From a virus (taxonomy: Duplodnaviria; Caudoviricetes): 45,129 nucleotides of DNA. Shown piece after piece: positions 1-8,046 of this stretch. Location: positions 1 to 45,129 of IMG/VR virus record IMGVR_UViG_3300043773_000874. One strand, 5' to 3'. How positions within the stretch are numbered: position 1 is the stretch's first letter; each line of letters opens with the position of its first letter. Below the pieces are notes generated by a model. It was not told the DNA's origin, searched no databases, and saw nothing but the letters and a program-made list of their open reading frames with translations. Both the position numbers and the translations under genes were made by a program.

Positions 1-9
1 AAGAAGAAT

Positions 10-18
10 TGGTAGATT
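10..18 (+). promoter_or_regulatory. Putative extended -10 promoter
   Basis: TG-G-TAGATT ends 13 nt before ATG at 32; the -35 region lies outside the window. Confidence 0.35.
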
Positions 19-31
19 CTATTTGCCATTT

Positions 32-394
32 ATGGCTCAACTACCGATTGCGGAAGCTGACATCTGTATATTTCAAGGTGCCACCTTTAACCAGACCTTA
101 TTCTATGAGACGGGCGAACCTTCGGCCCCTGTCAACCTTGCGGGTTATACAGCCAAGATGCACATCAGGTCAAAGCCCGAATCCAAGGCACTAATTCTTG
201 AATTGTCTACAACCAATGGTAGAATCGTCTTGAATGAAACTACAGGATCTATTAGACTATTTATTTCGGCGTCCGACACGGCGTCACTCTCGGTCTGTGA
301 TAAAGCCGTATATGACCTTGAGCTTACAACAGGGGCCATCACAACCCGAATCCTACAAGGTAATGTTATCATTTCACCAGAGGTTACCCGCTAA
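32..394 (+). CDS. Tail/baseplate Ig-like (BppU-N-like) fibre attachment protein
   Basis: Motifs I.QGATF, PVNLAGYTAKMHIR, AVYDLEL, ILQG.V.I.PEVTR; ATG at 32 preferred over TTG at 23; paralogue of 2747..3115. Confidence 0.7.
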   Translation: MAQLPIAEADICIFQGATFNQTLFYETGEPSAPVNLAGYTAKMHIRSKPESKALILELSTTNGRIVLNETTGSIRLFISASDTASLSVCDKAVYDLELTTGAITTRILQGNVIISPEVTR

Positions 395-715
395 ATGAGC
401 AAGATCTGCATTCCTATTCCATCCAGCAGTGTTATTGGCGTTTCAACAACCCCAATCAACACCCCAAGCGTCAACATCCTTCGGGTTGAGCCATCAATTA
501 CTGGATTAACTGGCGGTGGGGCAACTAATCTTGACGGCCTTGTTACAGCAACAGGAAATTATGTTGTGGGAATTTGTATCTTTCTTGTAATTAGTGGAAT
601 CCCTGCGATTTATCAGCTTGTCAGCGGAAGCAACGCCGAGAACTCACCATCTATTATTCGCCCAAACGATTTTGATGAAATGACCAACGCCAAGGTTTGG
701 ATACAAAGAATGTAA
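395..715 (+). CDS. Small tail-associated structural protein
   Basis: Abuts the previous gene; LTGGGATNLDG and SPSIIRPND..W motifs resemble tailspike N-terminal modules. Confidence 0.55.
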   Translation: MSKICIPIPSSSVIGVSTTPINTPSVNILRVEPSITGLTGGGATNLDGLVTATGNYVVGICIFLVISGIPAIYQLVSGSNAENSPSIIRPNDFDEMTNAKVWIQRM

Positions 716-719
716 CGAA

Positions 720-2750
720 ATGAAATATATTCTATCACTTATTATCAGTGGAGCCTTGGTTGTTTCGGGCTTCGGGCAAACTCGGAACGTTCTTGTAGGA
801 ACCAATAATGCCGTAGTCCAACCCACCAACTTTTGGAGTGCTGATGCTTCAAATGCTCGCACGGGACTTGGTTTGGGGACAGCGGCCACCAGTTCGGTAT
901 CAGCATTTCAGCCAGCTTCTACCGCACTTTCCAATTTGGCAACTGGTAATGGCGGGGCATTGAGCAACCTTCAGGCCACAAATCTTGTTGGAATTATTCC
1001 TGCATCTAATATCTCCACAGTCACATTCACCAACATTGGGGGAACGCTTGCTATTTCTAGTGGTGGTACAGGAGCAACAAATGCGGTCAATGCTCGTCAG
1101 AATCTTGGTTCCACAATAGTTGGCGATGCTGTGTTTATTGCCACAAACGCAGCAGCCGCTAGAACCGCAATTGGCGCTTTGGCAACAGATGGAAACGCAA
1201 TTAATCTTACAAATTTTCCAACTATTCTTTTGCAAACAAATGGCAATGGTGCGGGACTAACCAATCTCACAGCCGCAAATATTACTGGAACAGTTGCACT
1301 TGCATCCAATCTTAGTTCGCCGCTTTCTCTTACCAACGGAGGCACGGGAGCCACCAACGCCGCAATAGCAAGAACCAATCTTGAATTGGGCTGGTCTGCG
1401 CTTACGAATACAGATGCCACAAATTTCCGCAATGCCATCGGGCTTGGAACTACAAATAATGTGGTGTTTAACGCTATTGTTGGAGGCGCTTCAACAAACA
1501 ATTTTATTCAATTAGATAATGGAGAATTTAATGGATCGTGGTCGTTTGTTAGTGCGGTTGATTTCGATGAACCAGCGCAAACCCGCACAAATCTCGGTAT
1601 TCCTTGGAGCGGGCTAACAAACACCAACGCCGCAACATTTCAATCAGCACTCTTTGGATCTAATACCAATCCAGTTTTGGTCAACACCAATGGAGAGGTT
1701 GTAAGCCCGACCAACTTCTGGCAAGCGGCCCCGATTACAACGACATTTATTGAGTCCCAGCCGAATACTAACTTCACAACCAACATCACCCCAGCCCGAT
1801 TCCTCCATATCCACAGTCTGGCCACCAACATTGCAAATGTAACAAACACTATTGTCCTCCCGACTAACACGTTAACATTTGAAGGAGATGTGGCCATTGT
1901 TGTGCACAAGGGGCCAACCAATTCCATGACAAGGGTTCAGCGGGTTGGATCGACCAATAACCTGATCACATTGACCCGCTTTGACGAGGCTGTGCAGTTT
2001 GTCTACTACAATGATGTGTGGCAGTTCGACCATAACGTTGCATTTGTTGAACCCATCTACTTCTCTGGCACCAATGCAGCAGCCAATGCGGCGGCAAGCA
2101 GAACAAATTTGGGGTTAGCACCATTTACTAGCGATGGTTACGCACAATTAAGAAACGAAGCAGGCGATGTTATTTTGGAAGTTGAAGACGGCGTTACAAT
2201 TTATAGAGAAATTTATTTTGAAGGAACAAATGCTTCTGCAAACGCCGCCATAACCCGCACCAATCTCGGTCTCGGAGCCACATGGCTCACGAACACCAAC
2301 GTCACGAATTTTCGCAGCGCGATTGGGTTGGGGGCATCAAATCAGGTCACGTTTGAGGCCATTGTTGGGGGCTCTGGATCAATTAATGTGGTAAACAGCG
2401 AATTTTTTGGGGCTTGGTATTTTGATGACTCAGTTAGCTTCGGCGCGCCAAATGTTGTCCGCACCAACCTCGGTCTCCCGCTCCCAGCCCTCACCAATAC
2501 CAACAATGCCAATTTCCGCAATGCCATAGAACTCGGAGCCACTAACAACGTCTCCTTCTCCAATGTGACAGCATCTGGCACTCTCACAGCCACTGGCACC
2601 GTGACGGCAACCACCAATCTTGTGGTTAATGGGTTTGTAGACTTCTCCACCAACCACACCAACTCAAACCCCGCAACCAACAACCAGATCAATGACTTCA
2701 TTGAGATTCGTGTTGGAACCAATCAATTCTGGCTACCAGTTTACAAATGA
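720..2750 (+). CDS. Tail-fibre-like protein with N-terminal signal peptide
   Basis: GGTGATNA..AR.NLG fibre repeats and multiple RTNLGL repeats; MKYILSLIISGALVVSGFG|Q resembles a Sec signal; ~45 TN dipeptides by manual count. Confidence 0.75.
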   Translation: MKYILSLIISGALVVSGFGQTRNVLVGTNNAVVQPTNFWSADASNARTGLGLGTAATSSVSAFQPASTALSNLATGNGGALSNLQATNLVGIIPASNISTVTFTNIGGTLAISSGGTGATNAVNARQNLGSTIVGDAVFIATNAAAARTAIGALATDGNAINLTNFPTILLQTNGNGAGLTNLTAANITGTVALASNLSSPLSLTNGGTGATNAAIARTNLELGWSALTNTDATNFRNAIGLGTTNNVVFNAIVGGASTNNFIQLDNGEFNGSWSFVSAVDFDEPAQTRTNLGIPWSGLTNTNAATFQSALFGSNTNPVLVNTNGEVVSPTNFWQAAPITTTFIESQPNTNFTTNITPARFLHIHSLATNIANVTNTIVLPTNTLTFEGDVAIVVHKGPTNSMTRVQRVGSTNNLITLTRFDEAVQFVYYNDVWQFDHNVAFVEPIYFSGTNAAANAAASRTNLGLAPFTSDGYAQLRNEAGDVILEVEDGVTIYREIYFEGTNASANAAITRTNLGLGATWLTNTNVTNFRSAIGLGASNQVTFEAIVGGSGSINVVNSEFFGAWYFDDSVSFGAPNVVRTNLGLPLPALTNTNNANFRNAIELGATNNVSFSNVTASGTLTATGTVTATTNLVVNGFVDFSTNHTNSNPATNNQINDFIEIRVGTNQFWLPVYK

Positions 2751-3115
2751 CCAACTACTGGAGACTTGAGAGAGATATTGAAATCGTCCAAGGAAAGACA
2801 TGGACGGCGAAGTTTCGTTATCTGACCAAGTCTTGCAAGGGAAAGTCGAATGTCCCAGTTAATCTTTCGGGCTACGGGGCTAACATGGTCATCCGTGAGT
2901 GCGCCAAGGATAGTGCTAGTTTGCTCACATTGACCGCAGGAAACGGAATTACGCTTGGAGCGGACGGAACTATCGAAATAGTAATGACAGCCACTCAGGC
3001 GTCAAATCTGACGGCGGGAGACAATGTTTACGAAATTGAACTAAGTCTTGGCTATACCTATATCGCATTTGCCACAGGTAAGGCCAAGGTCTACGAGGAG
3101 ATAGCCCGAAGCTAA
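2747..3115 (+). CDS. Tail/baseplate Ig-like (BppU-N-like) protein, second copy
   Basis: [34 protein letters not shown] align with 32..394; ATGA overlap. Confidence 0.7.
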   Translation: MTNYWRLERDIEIVQGKTWTAKFRYLTKSCKGKSNVPVNLSGYGANMVIRECAKDSASLLTLTAGNGITLGADGTIEIVMTATQASNLTAGDNVYEIELSLGYTYIAFATGKAKVYEEIARS

Positions 3116-5685
3116 TGGCCCAAGAAGTCATAGAGATTACGGAGAGGGAAGTCGAAATTGTTGAGGTTTTTAACCAAGAAAACGAAACAATTGAAATTAT
3201 AGAGAGCGGACCTCAAGGGCCGACTGGCCCGCAGCCCGACATCAACTACACCGTAGTCTCGTCAGCCCGAACCCTAGAAGCAGCAGACCTAATCGCGGCA
3301 GACACCTCTGGAGGCGCATTTACTCTTACCCTCCCACTTAACCCTAGCAATGGTGATGCGGTAGACATCTTTGACTTCTCCGAAACCTTCGACACCAATC
3401 CTCTCACGATTGCCCGCAACGGATCTCGGATTGAAAGCCTAGAAGAGAATCTGGTCTGTAATGTCGAGGGGGCATATTTTACTCTGATCTACACAGGATC
3501 TGCCCGTGGATGGCAGGTATTGCCAAGATACGCAACTGGAGAGTTTTCACTTACAACTCAAGGCGACATGCTCTATCGTGGCGCATCGTCCAACACAAGG
3601 CTCCCCATCGGAACCACGGGACAGGTTCTCAAGGTAAATAGCGGAGCTACAGCCCCAGAATGGGGGACTATTTCGACTGCCCCCAGCGGCCCCGCAGGAG
3701 GAGATCTCACGGGAACCTATCCAAACCCTACCCTAACCACTTCAGGCGCAAGCGCGGGGACTTATACGAAAGTAACGGTAGACACCAAAGGACGGGTTAC
3801 AGTTGGAGCCACCGCTACCCCGACAGATATCGGAGCAGCCCCAACAGTGCATACCCACACTCCAAGTGAGGTAGGGCTAAGTAATGTAAGCAACACCGCA
3901 CAGGTAACTAGTGTGGGAGGGACAGCCCCTATAGCGTCCTCTGGAGGCACAACCCCGACAATATCTATCTCAGCAGCCACTACTGGCGCAGCTGGATCGA
4001 TGAGTAGCGCGGATAAGACCAAGCTAGACGGCATCGCGGCCAACGCCAATAACTACACCCACCCCAATCACAGTGGAGATGTGACAAGTAGCGGAGACGG
4101 GGCGACCACGATAGCTAATGATGCGGTCACCAACGCCAAGCTGGCCAACATGGCGACTGCCACGATCAAAGGACGGGCCACCGCAGGCACAGGCGACCCC
4201 GAAGACCTAAGTGCTAGTAGTGTAAGGACGCTCCTAAATACAGATCAAGTCACAGACTCCCGCACACCACTTTCCCACACCCACGGCAACCTCACCAATT
4301 CGGGAGCCATCGGCACCACCGCCAACCTGCCGCTCAAAACAGGCACAAACGGCGTAGTCGAGGCGGGTTCATTCGGCACGGCGGCAGGGCAGTTTGCGGA
4401 GGGCAGCCACACTCACGAACTTGCCTCGCTTTCCGCCACAGGCGCGGGAACCGATGACATTTTAGTAAGCGATGGCGATGGCACGTCATCGTGGCGCAAC
4501 CTTTCGACGTTTATTGGCGAAAATGTTGGCCCCGCAGACATTGGCGCAGCGCAAGCCTCCCACACCCACACCGCCGCTGATATAGATAGCGAATCAGCAG
4601 ACGCAGGCTACGTTCTCACCGCAGATGGAGACGGAGGCGCAAGCTGGGAGGCAGCAACAGGAGGAAGCCCAAGTTCTTACGAAATCAAAACAGAGTCATT
4701 TACCGCTTCTGTTGGTGGTCGGTATGCGTGTGACACAAGCGCGGGGGAGGTGGTGCCATCGCAAGCGGGACAGTGGGAATTTTTTGGGTTGCGTGTATTC
4801 AACTCCGATCAAGAATACTCTCCTTCTGTTTATATTAATGTTGCAGAGCAGAGTGAGAGTTTTTTTATCAATGAAAATTATATTCTTGAGTTATACGTCA
4901 ATCAAGATGAAACAACGTATGATACAATTATTGAATTCATTAACGAAAATGGAGGAGACTATGGCTTAAGTGCAGAGCTTGTCGATGGATATGATGGTTC
5001 AGATCTTCTGCCGCCAGATGAAAGTATTGAAGACAATATACCTCAAGCTACCCCTGAGTCATTTGCCTATGACTTGTTTGAGGTGACCCCTCCTGAATCT
5101 CCGAATAGTGGCGATAGTTTCACTTTGGCTGACGCTTTCGGAACATGGGCCAACAATGCTCCTGAGATTGTCGGGTTGGAGGATATTAATGGAAATCCGC
5201 CGCCGCTAACTTTGGACATTAATGGGATAGCGAATCTTTTGTATGTGAGCGACATTGGGTGGAGAACACTAGACAGCACAAAAAGCATCGCGCCTGAAAA
5301 ACCAGCCTTCAGCCGTGAGCCCGCGACAGGTTCTAGTGGCGCCTTGGTTACATGGGGTGGGGGATTTGATACAACGGGAGGATTTGCAAACAACGCTTTC
5401 GTGGTGCCAGCGGGACTTGGCGGCTTGTATATGTTCAACGCCGCGATCTTTTACAACCAACCTTTAGATACACAAATGGAACTGGGAATTTATGTGAACG
5501 ACAATCGTGTTCGCGCTTTTTACACAGCCACTTTTGACGGTGAGCAGGGACAGGCGCAAGTGTTCGGCGTGGTCGATCTTGATGTCGGCGACACCGTTGA
5601 TGTGCGCGTAAATTTCTTTGGGGATCAAGATGCGTATGTAAGAACTGACGGTGGAGTCAGTTGGTTTACAGGAGTAAAACTATGA
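3115..5685 (+). CDS. Long tail fibre with T4 gp9/10-like domains and C-terminal C1q-like receptor-binding domain
   Basis: GPQGPTGPQ collagen stretch; [16 protein letters not shown] module; [14 protein letters not shown] fibre motif; several HTH/HxH metal motifs; C-terminal F.VP..GGLY.F ... VDLDVGDTV ... WFTG. Confidence 0.8.
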   Translation: MAQEVIEITEREVEIVEVFNQENETIEIIESGPQGPTGPQPDINYTVVSSARTLEAADLIAADTSGGAFTLTLPLNPSNGDAVDIFDFSETFDTNPLTIARNGSRIESLEENLVCNVEGAYFTLIYTGSARGWQVLPRYATGEFSLTTQGDMLYRGASSNTRLPIGTTGQVLKVNSGATAPEWGTISTAPSGPAGGDLTGTYPNPTLTTSGASAGTYTKVTVDTKGRVTVGATATPTDIGAAPTVHTHTPSEVGLSNVSNTAQVTSVGGTAPIASSGGTTPTISISAATTGAAGSMSSADKTKLDGIAANANNYTHPNHSGDVTSSGDGATTIANDAVTNAKLANMATATIKGRATAGTGDPEDLSASSVRTLLNTDQVTDSRTPLSHTHGNLTNSGAIGTTANLPLKTGTNGVVEAGSFGTAAGQFAEGSHTHELASLSATGAGTDDILVSDGDGTSSWRNLSTFIGENVGPADIGAAQASHTHTAADIDSESADAGYVLTADGDGGASWEAATGGSPSSYEIKTESFTASVGGRYACDTSAGEVVPSQAGQWEFFGLRVFNSDQEYSPSVYINVAEQSESFFINENYILELYVNQDETTYDTIIEFINENGGDYGLSAELVDGYDGSDLLPPDESIEDNIPQATPESFAYDLFEVTPPESPNSGDSFTLADAFGTWANNAPEIVGLEDINGNPPPLTLDINGIANLLYVSDIGWRTLDSTKSIAPEKPAFSREPATGSSGALVTWGGGFDTTGGFANNAFVVPAGLGGLYMFNAAIFYNQPLDTQMELGIYVNDNRVRAFYTATFDGEQGQAQVFGVVDLDVGDTVDVRVNFFGDQDAYVRTDGGVSWFTGVKL

Positions 5686-6119
5686 CGGAATATTATAAAA
5701 AAGTTAGCGAAATTGTAAGGCAACGAGGGGGAAGGGTTGGGGTATTGCAACTATGGCAAGTTGTCGATGACAAGATCGTTATGTGGCACCCTACTCTAGG
5801 CGACAGGCCAACTAAAGAAGAGGTGGATGCCGTCCAACTGCAAGAAGAACTACTAACGGCAGAACAAATCGTCAGCCGATACTTCAGCGCCTACCAAATC
5901 GCTGCCCTCCAGCGTCTTGAATATGCCTTACTGCAAGCAGGCAAGCCCCTCGGACTTCAGATGACCGCCGCGAAGCAGTGGTTGGAAAGCGTGATGCTTT
6001 CATGGGCCGCATCCCCAACACCCGCACCAGCGGAGTCTTTCGGCCAGCCGCAGGCGACCTTTGCGGAGGCGAGTGGGGAGGCTGTGGCTGACTTAGCCAG
6101 CCCGAACCCCGAAACATAA
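5682..6119 (+). CDS. Putative tail-fibre assembly/chaperone protein
   Basis: ATGA overlap with fibre stop (start 5682); W..TLG.RPT.EE motif typical of XkdW-like/fibre-assembly proteins. Confidence 0.5.
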   Translation: MTEYYKKVSEIVRQRGGRVGVLQLWQVVDDKIVMWHPTLGDRPTKEEVDAVQLQEELLTAEQIVSRYFSAYQIAALQRLEYALLQAGKPLGLQMTAAKQWLESVMLSWAASPTPAPAESFGQPQATFAEASGEAVADLASPNPET

Positions 6120-6122
6120 TAA

Positions 6123-6151
6123 TCGCCTCCAACCCCGAATCCAGATATACT
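6123..6151 (+). promoter_or_regulatory. Putative sigma70-type promoter, near-leaderless
   Basis: TCGCCT-N17-TATACT; ATG at 6160. Confidence 0.4.
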
Positions 6152-6159
6152 AAATAGAA

Positions 6160-6390
6160 ATGGCCTCCCTCTCTGCATATTACCCATTACCAGTAGTAGC
6201 TGGCACCACCGCAGGCACCTACACAGAGGGAAACGACTCTAGGGTTGTCGGGGCGGCACAGAAGGTTGGAGACTCAGATATAGAGATTACCGATGCTTCC
6301 AAGGGTATTATTTTTCGGGATTCCAACGGAGTTCGTCACAGATACAGGGCGGGAACAGAGGGGCAACTTATAGAGGAGATTTTGCCATGA
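6160..6390 (+). CDS. Small fibre-related protein
   Basis: GTTAGTYTEGNDSR and DIEITDASKGIIFRDSNG..R motifs, which recur in phage fibres. Confidence 0.6.
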   Translation: MASLSAYYPLPVVAGTTAGTYTEGNDSRVVGAAQKVGDSDIEITDASKGIIFRDSNGVRHRYRAGTEGQLIEEILP

Positions 6391-8003
6391 AATACTTTTT
6401 GATTATTTTACTTGCTTTGGTTTCGGCGTCCTACGGTCAAAGACAGACAGTAATGGTTAACACAAATGGTGGAGTTGTTTTTCCAACAAACTTTTGGCAA
6501 CAGGCTCCAATTTCCACAAATGTTCAGGAGTTTATTGGAACCAATGCTTTTGGACAAACCAACGGATTTCTTCAATTTGTTACCCGCCGTCACGATATTA
6601 CTTATCCACAGCAAACCAGTTGGACTCCAATACCAGACACTTATGCTGGGGTGACGCCACAGGGCAGGCTTTGGTTGGCAAATGCCGATCCAACAACTAA
6701 TAATTCCGTTTCTTTAGCTGTCTTTAGTAATGTTTTCAATCTTTCGCAACAGACAAATTTAATAATAACAAACGCCAATGCCGCGCATGGAGGTTATAGA
6801 TATAATGCTGAACGCAATGTCATGTATGCTAGTGGTAGGAGTGACCGAGTTATTGGAATTAATCCAACCAATTATTCTGTAAGTATTATTTCAACAAATG
6901 CTGGAGCCCAGCATAGACCAGCTTTGATAGTTGGTGCATTTATGTATGTCTCTAAAGGTGGTGCCCCTTCATCAGAGGGTATTAGTAAAATCAATTTAAC
7001 CAATGATGCACAAGTAGATGTTGTTACCGTAGCGCCAACAAATGCTAATACGGCTGCAATCTATCGCATGGAAACCAATCCCGCTGGAACAATTTTGGCG
7101 GGAGCAATGACGGGACTAAGTGGATCTAATTCTGTTTTTTGGACAATTGAACTTTCAAACTTTTTAGCAACCAGAACCTCAACAACCAATTTGATTTATA
7201 ATGTTATTGGTGTAAATGAAAATTACGCATTTGTTTCTGGCAATCCTAGTGGAGCTTATAATTTAACTAATCATGATTTTATAAATATGGGTAATTTTTC
7301 GTATAGCGGAGTTTATAGCACAAATGGCAATGTGTATTTTTTTGGAGATGGTGAAATTTATCAATATAATTTAAACAATTCAAATAAAACCACTTATTAC
7401 ACGGGAAAATTTGGAGCAACCGATAGATTGCAAGGAATGGCAGAAATTGACGGAAAAATTATTGCAATAGATGGAAAAACAAATATTTACGAATTGCAAT
7501 TTATACCATCGGTTTCTTCTCAAGAAATGAATATTAGCAACGTGGTTGATGGTGCATCATTGCCACTTGTGACCAATGTTTCTATTTCCAATAATTATCC
7601 GTTGTTGAATACTAATAGGAATGCCTATTATGAAATTAATCCGCTAGAAACAAATAGAAACGTTTTAAGCACATCATTAATGGAACAAGGAAATCAAACA
7701 GTATTTCCAAATGGATACCAATTTACAATTCGTAACAATAGCACTTCTAATAACATTAATTTTTTAAGATTCCAAGGAAGCACTATTACAACGATTCCTC
7801 CCCAACAATCAAAAACGTGGATATTAATAAACCCAACATCTACAACATTCACTAATAGGTGGAAACAAATTTACAGTCGCGAAGAAATGGGACTTGGCAG
7901 TGGTCTATCAACTAACCGTGTTTTTATTTCTTACAATGGAACCAATTACACCACTAATACCGTTACCATAAGCAATGGGATTATTATAGGATGGACGCAA
8001 TAG
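6387..8003 (+). CDS. Signal-peptide-bearing Asn/Thr-rich beta-rich (propeller-like) protein, putative receptor-binding/adhesin
   Basis: MKYFLIILLALVSASYG|Q; PTNFW module shared with 720..2750; visibly AT-rich; ~24 TN dipeptides. Confidence 0.65.
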   Translation: MKYFLIILLALVSASYGQRQTVMVNTNGGVVFPTNFWQQAPISTNVQEFIGTNAFGQTNGFLQFVTRRHDITYPQQTSWTPIPDTYAGVTPQGRLWLANADPTTNNSVSLAVFSNVFNLSQQTNLIITNANAAHGGYRYNAERNVMYASGRSDRVIGINPTNYSVSIISTNAGAQHRPALIVGAFMYVSKGGAPSSEGISKINLTNDAQVDVVTVAPTNANTAAIYRMETNPAGTILAGAMTGLSGSNSVFWTIELSNFLATRTSTTNLIYNVIGVNENYAFVSGNPSGAYNLTNHDFINMGNFSYSGVYSTNGNVYFFGDGEIYQYNLNNSNKTTYYTGKFGATDRLQGMAEIDGKIIAIDGKTNIYELQFIPSVSSQEMNISNVVDGASLPLVTNVSISNNYPLLNTNRNAYYEINPLETNRNVLSTSLMEQGNQTVFPNGYQFTIRNNSTSNNINFLRFQGSTITTIPPQQSKTWILINPTSTTFTNRWKQIYSREEMGLGSGLSTNRVFISYNGTNYTTNTVTISNGIIIGWTQ

Positions 8004-8006
8004 TCT

Positions 8007-8035
8007 TTGACTTAAATCCCGAAACAAACTAACCT
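8007..8035 (+). promoter_or_regulatory. Sigma70-type promoter for portal
   Basis: TTGACT-N17-TAACCT; ATG at 8047 implies a very short leader. Confidence 0.55.
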
Positions 8036-8046
8036 ACTTATTCCTA

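Noticed and set aside
4747-5073. Insert in the fibre as a second intein
   Set aside because: Lacks an N-terminal Cys/Ser, block B His and terminal His-Asn
720-8003. Diversity-generating retroelement or invertible fibre switch
   Set aside because: No reverse transcriptase or invertase, and no near-identical TR/VR pair with adenine-specific differences; the repeats are diverged at synonymous sites
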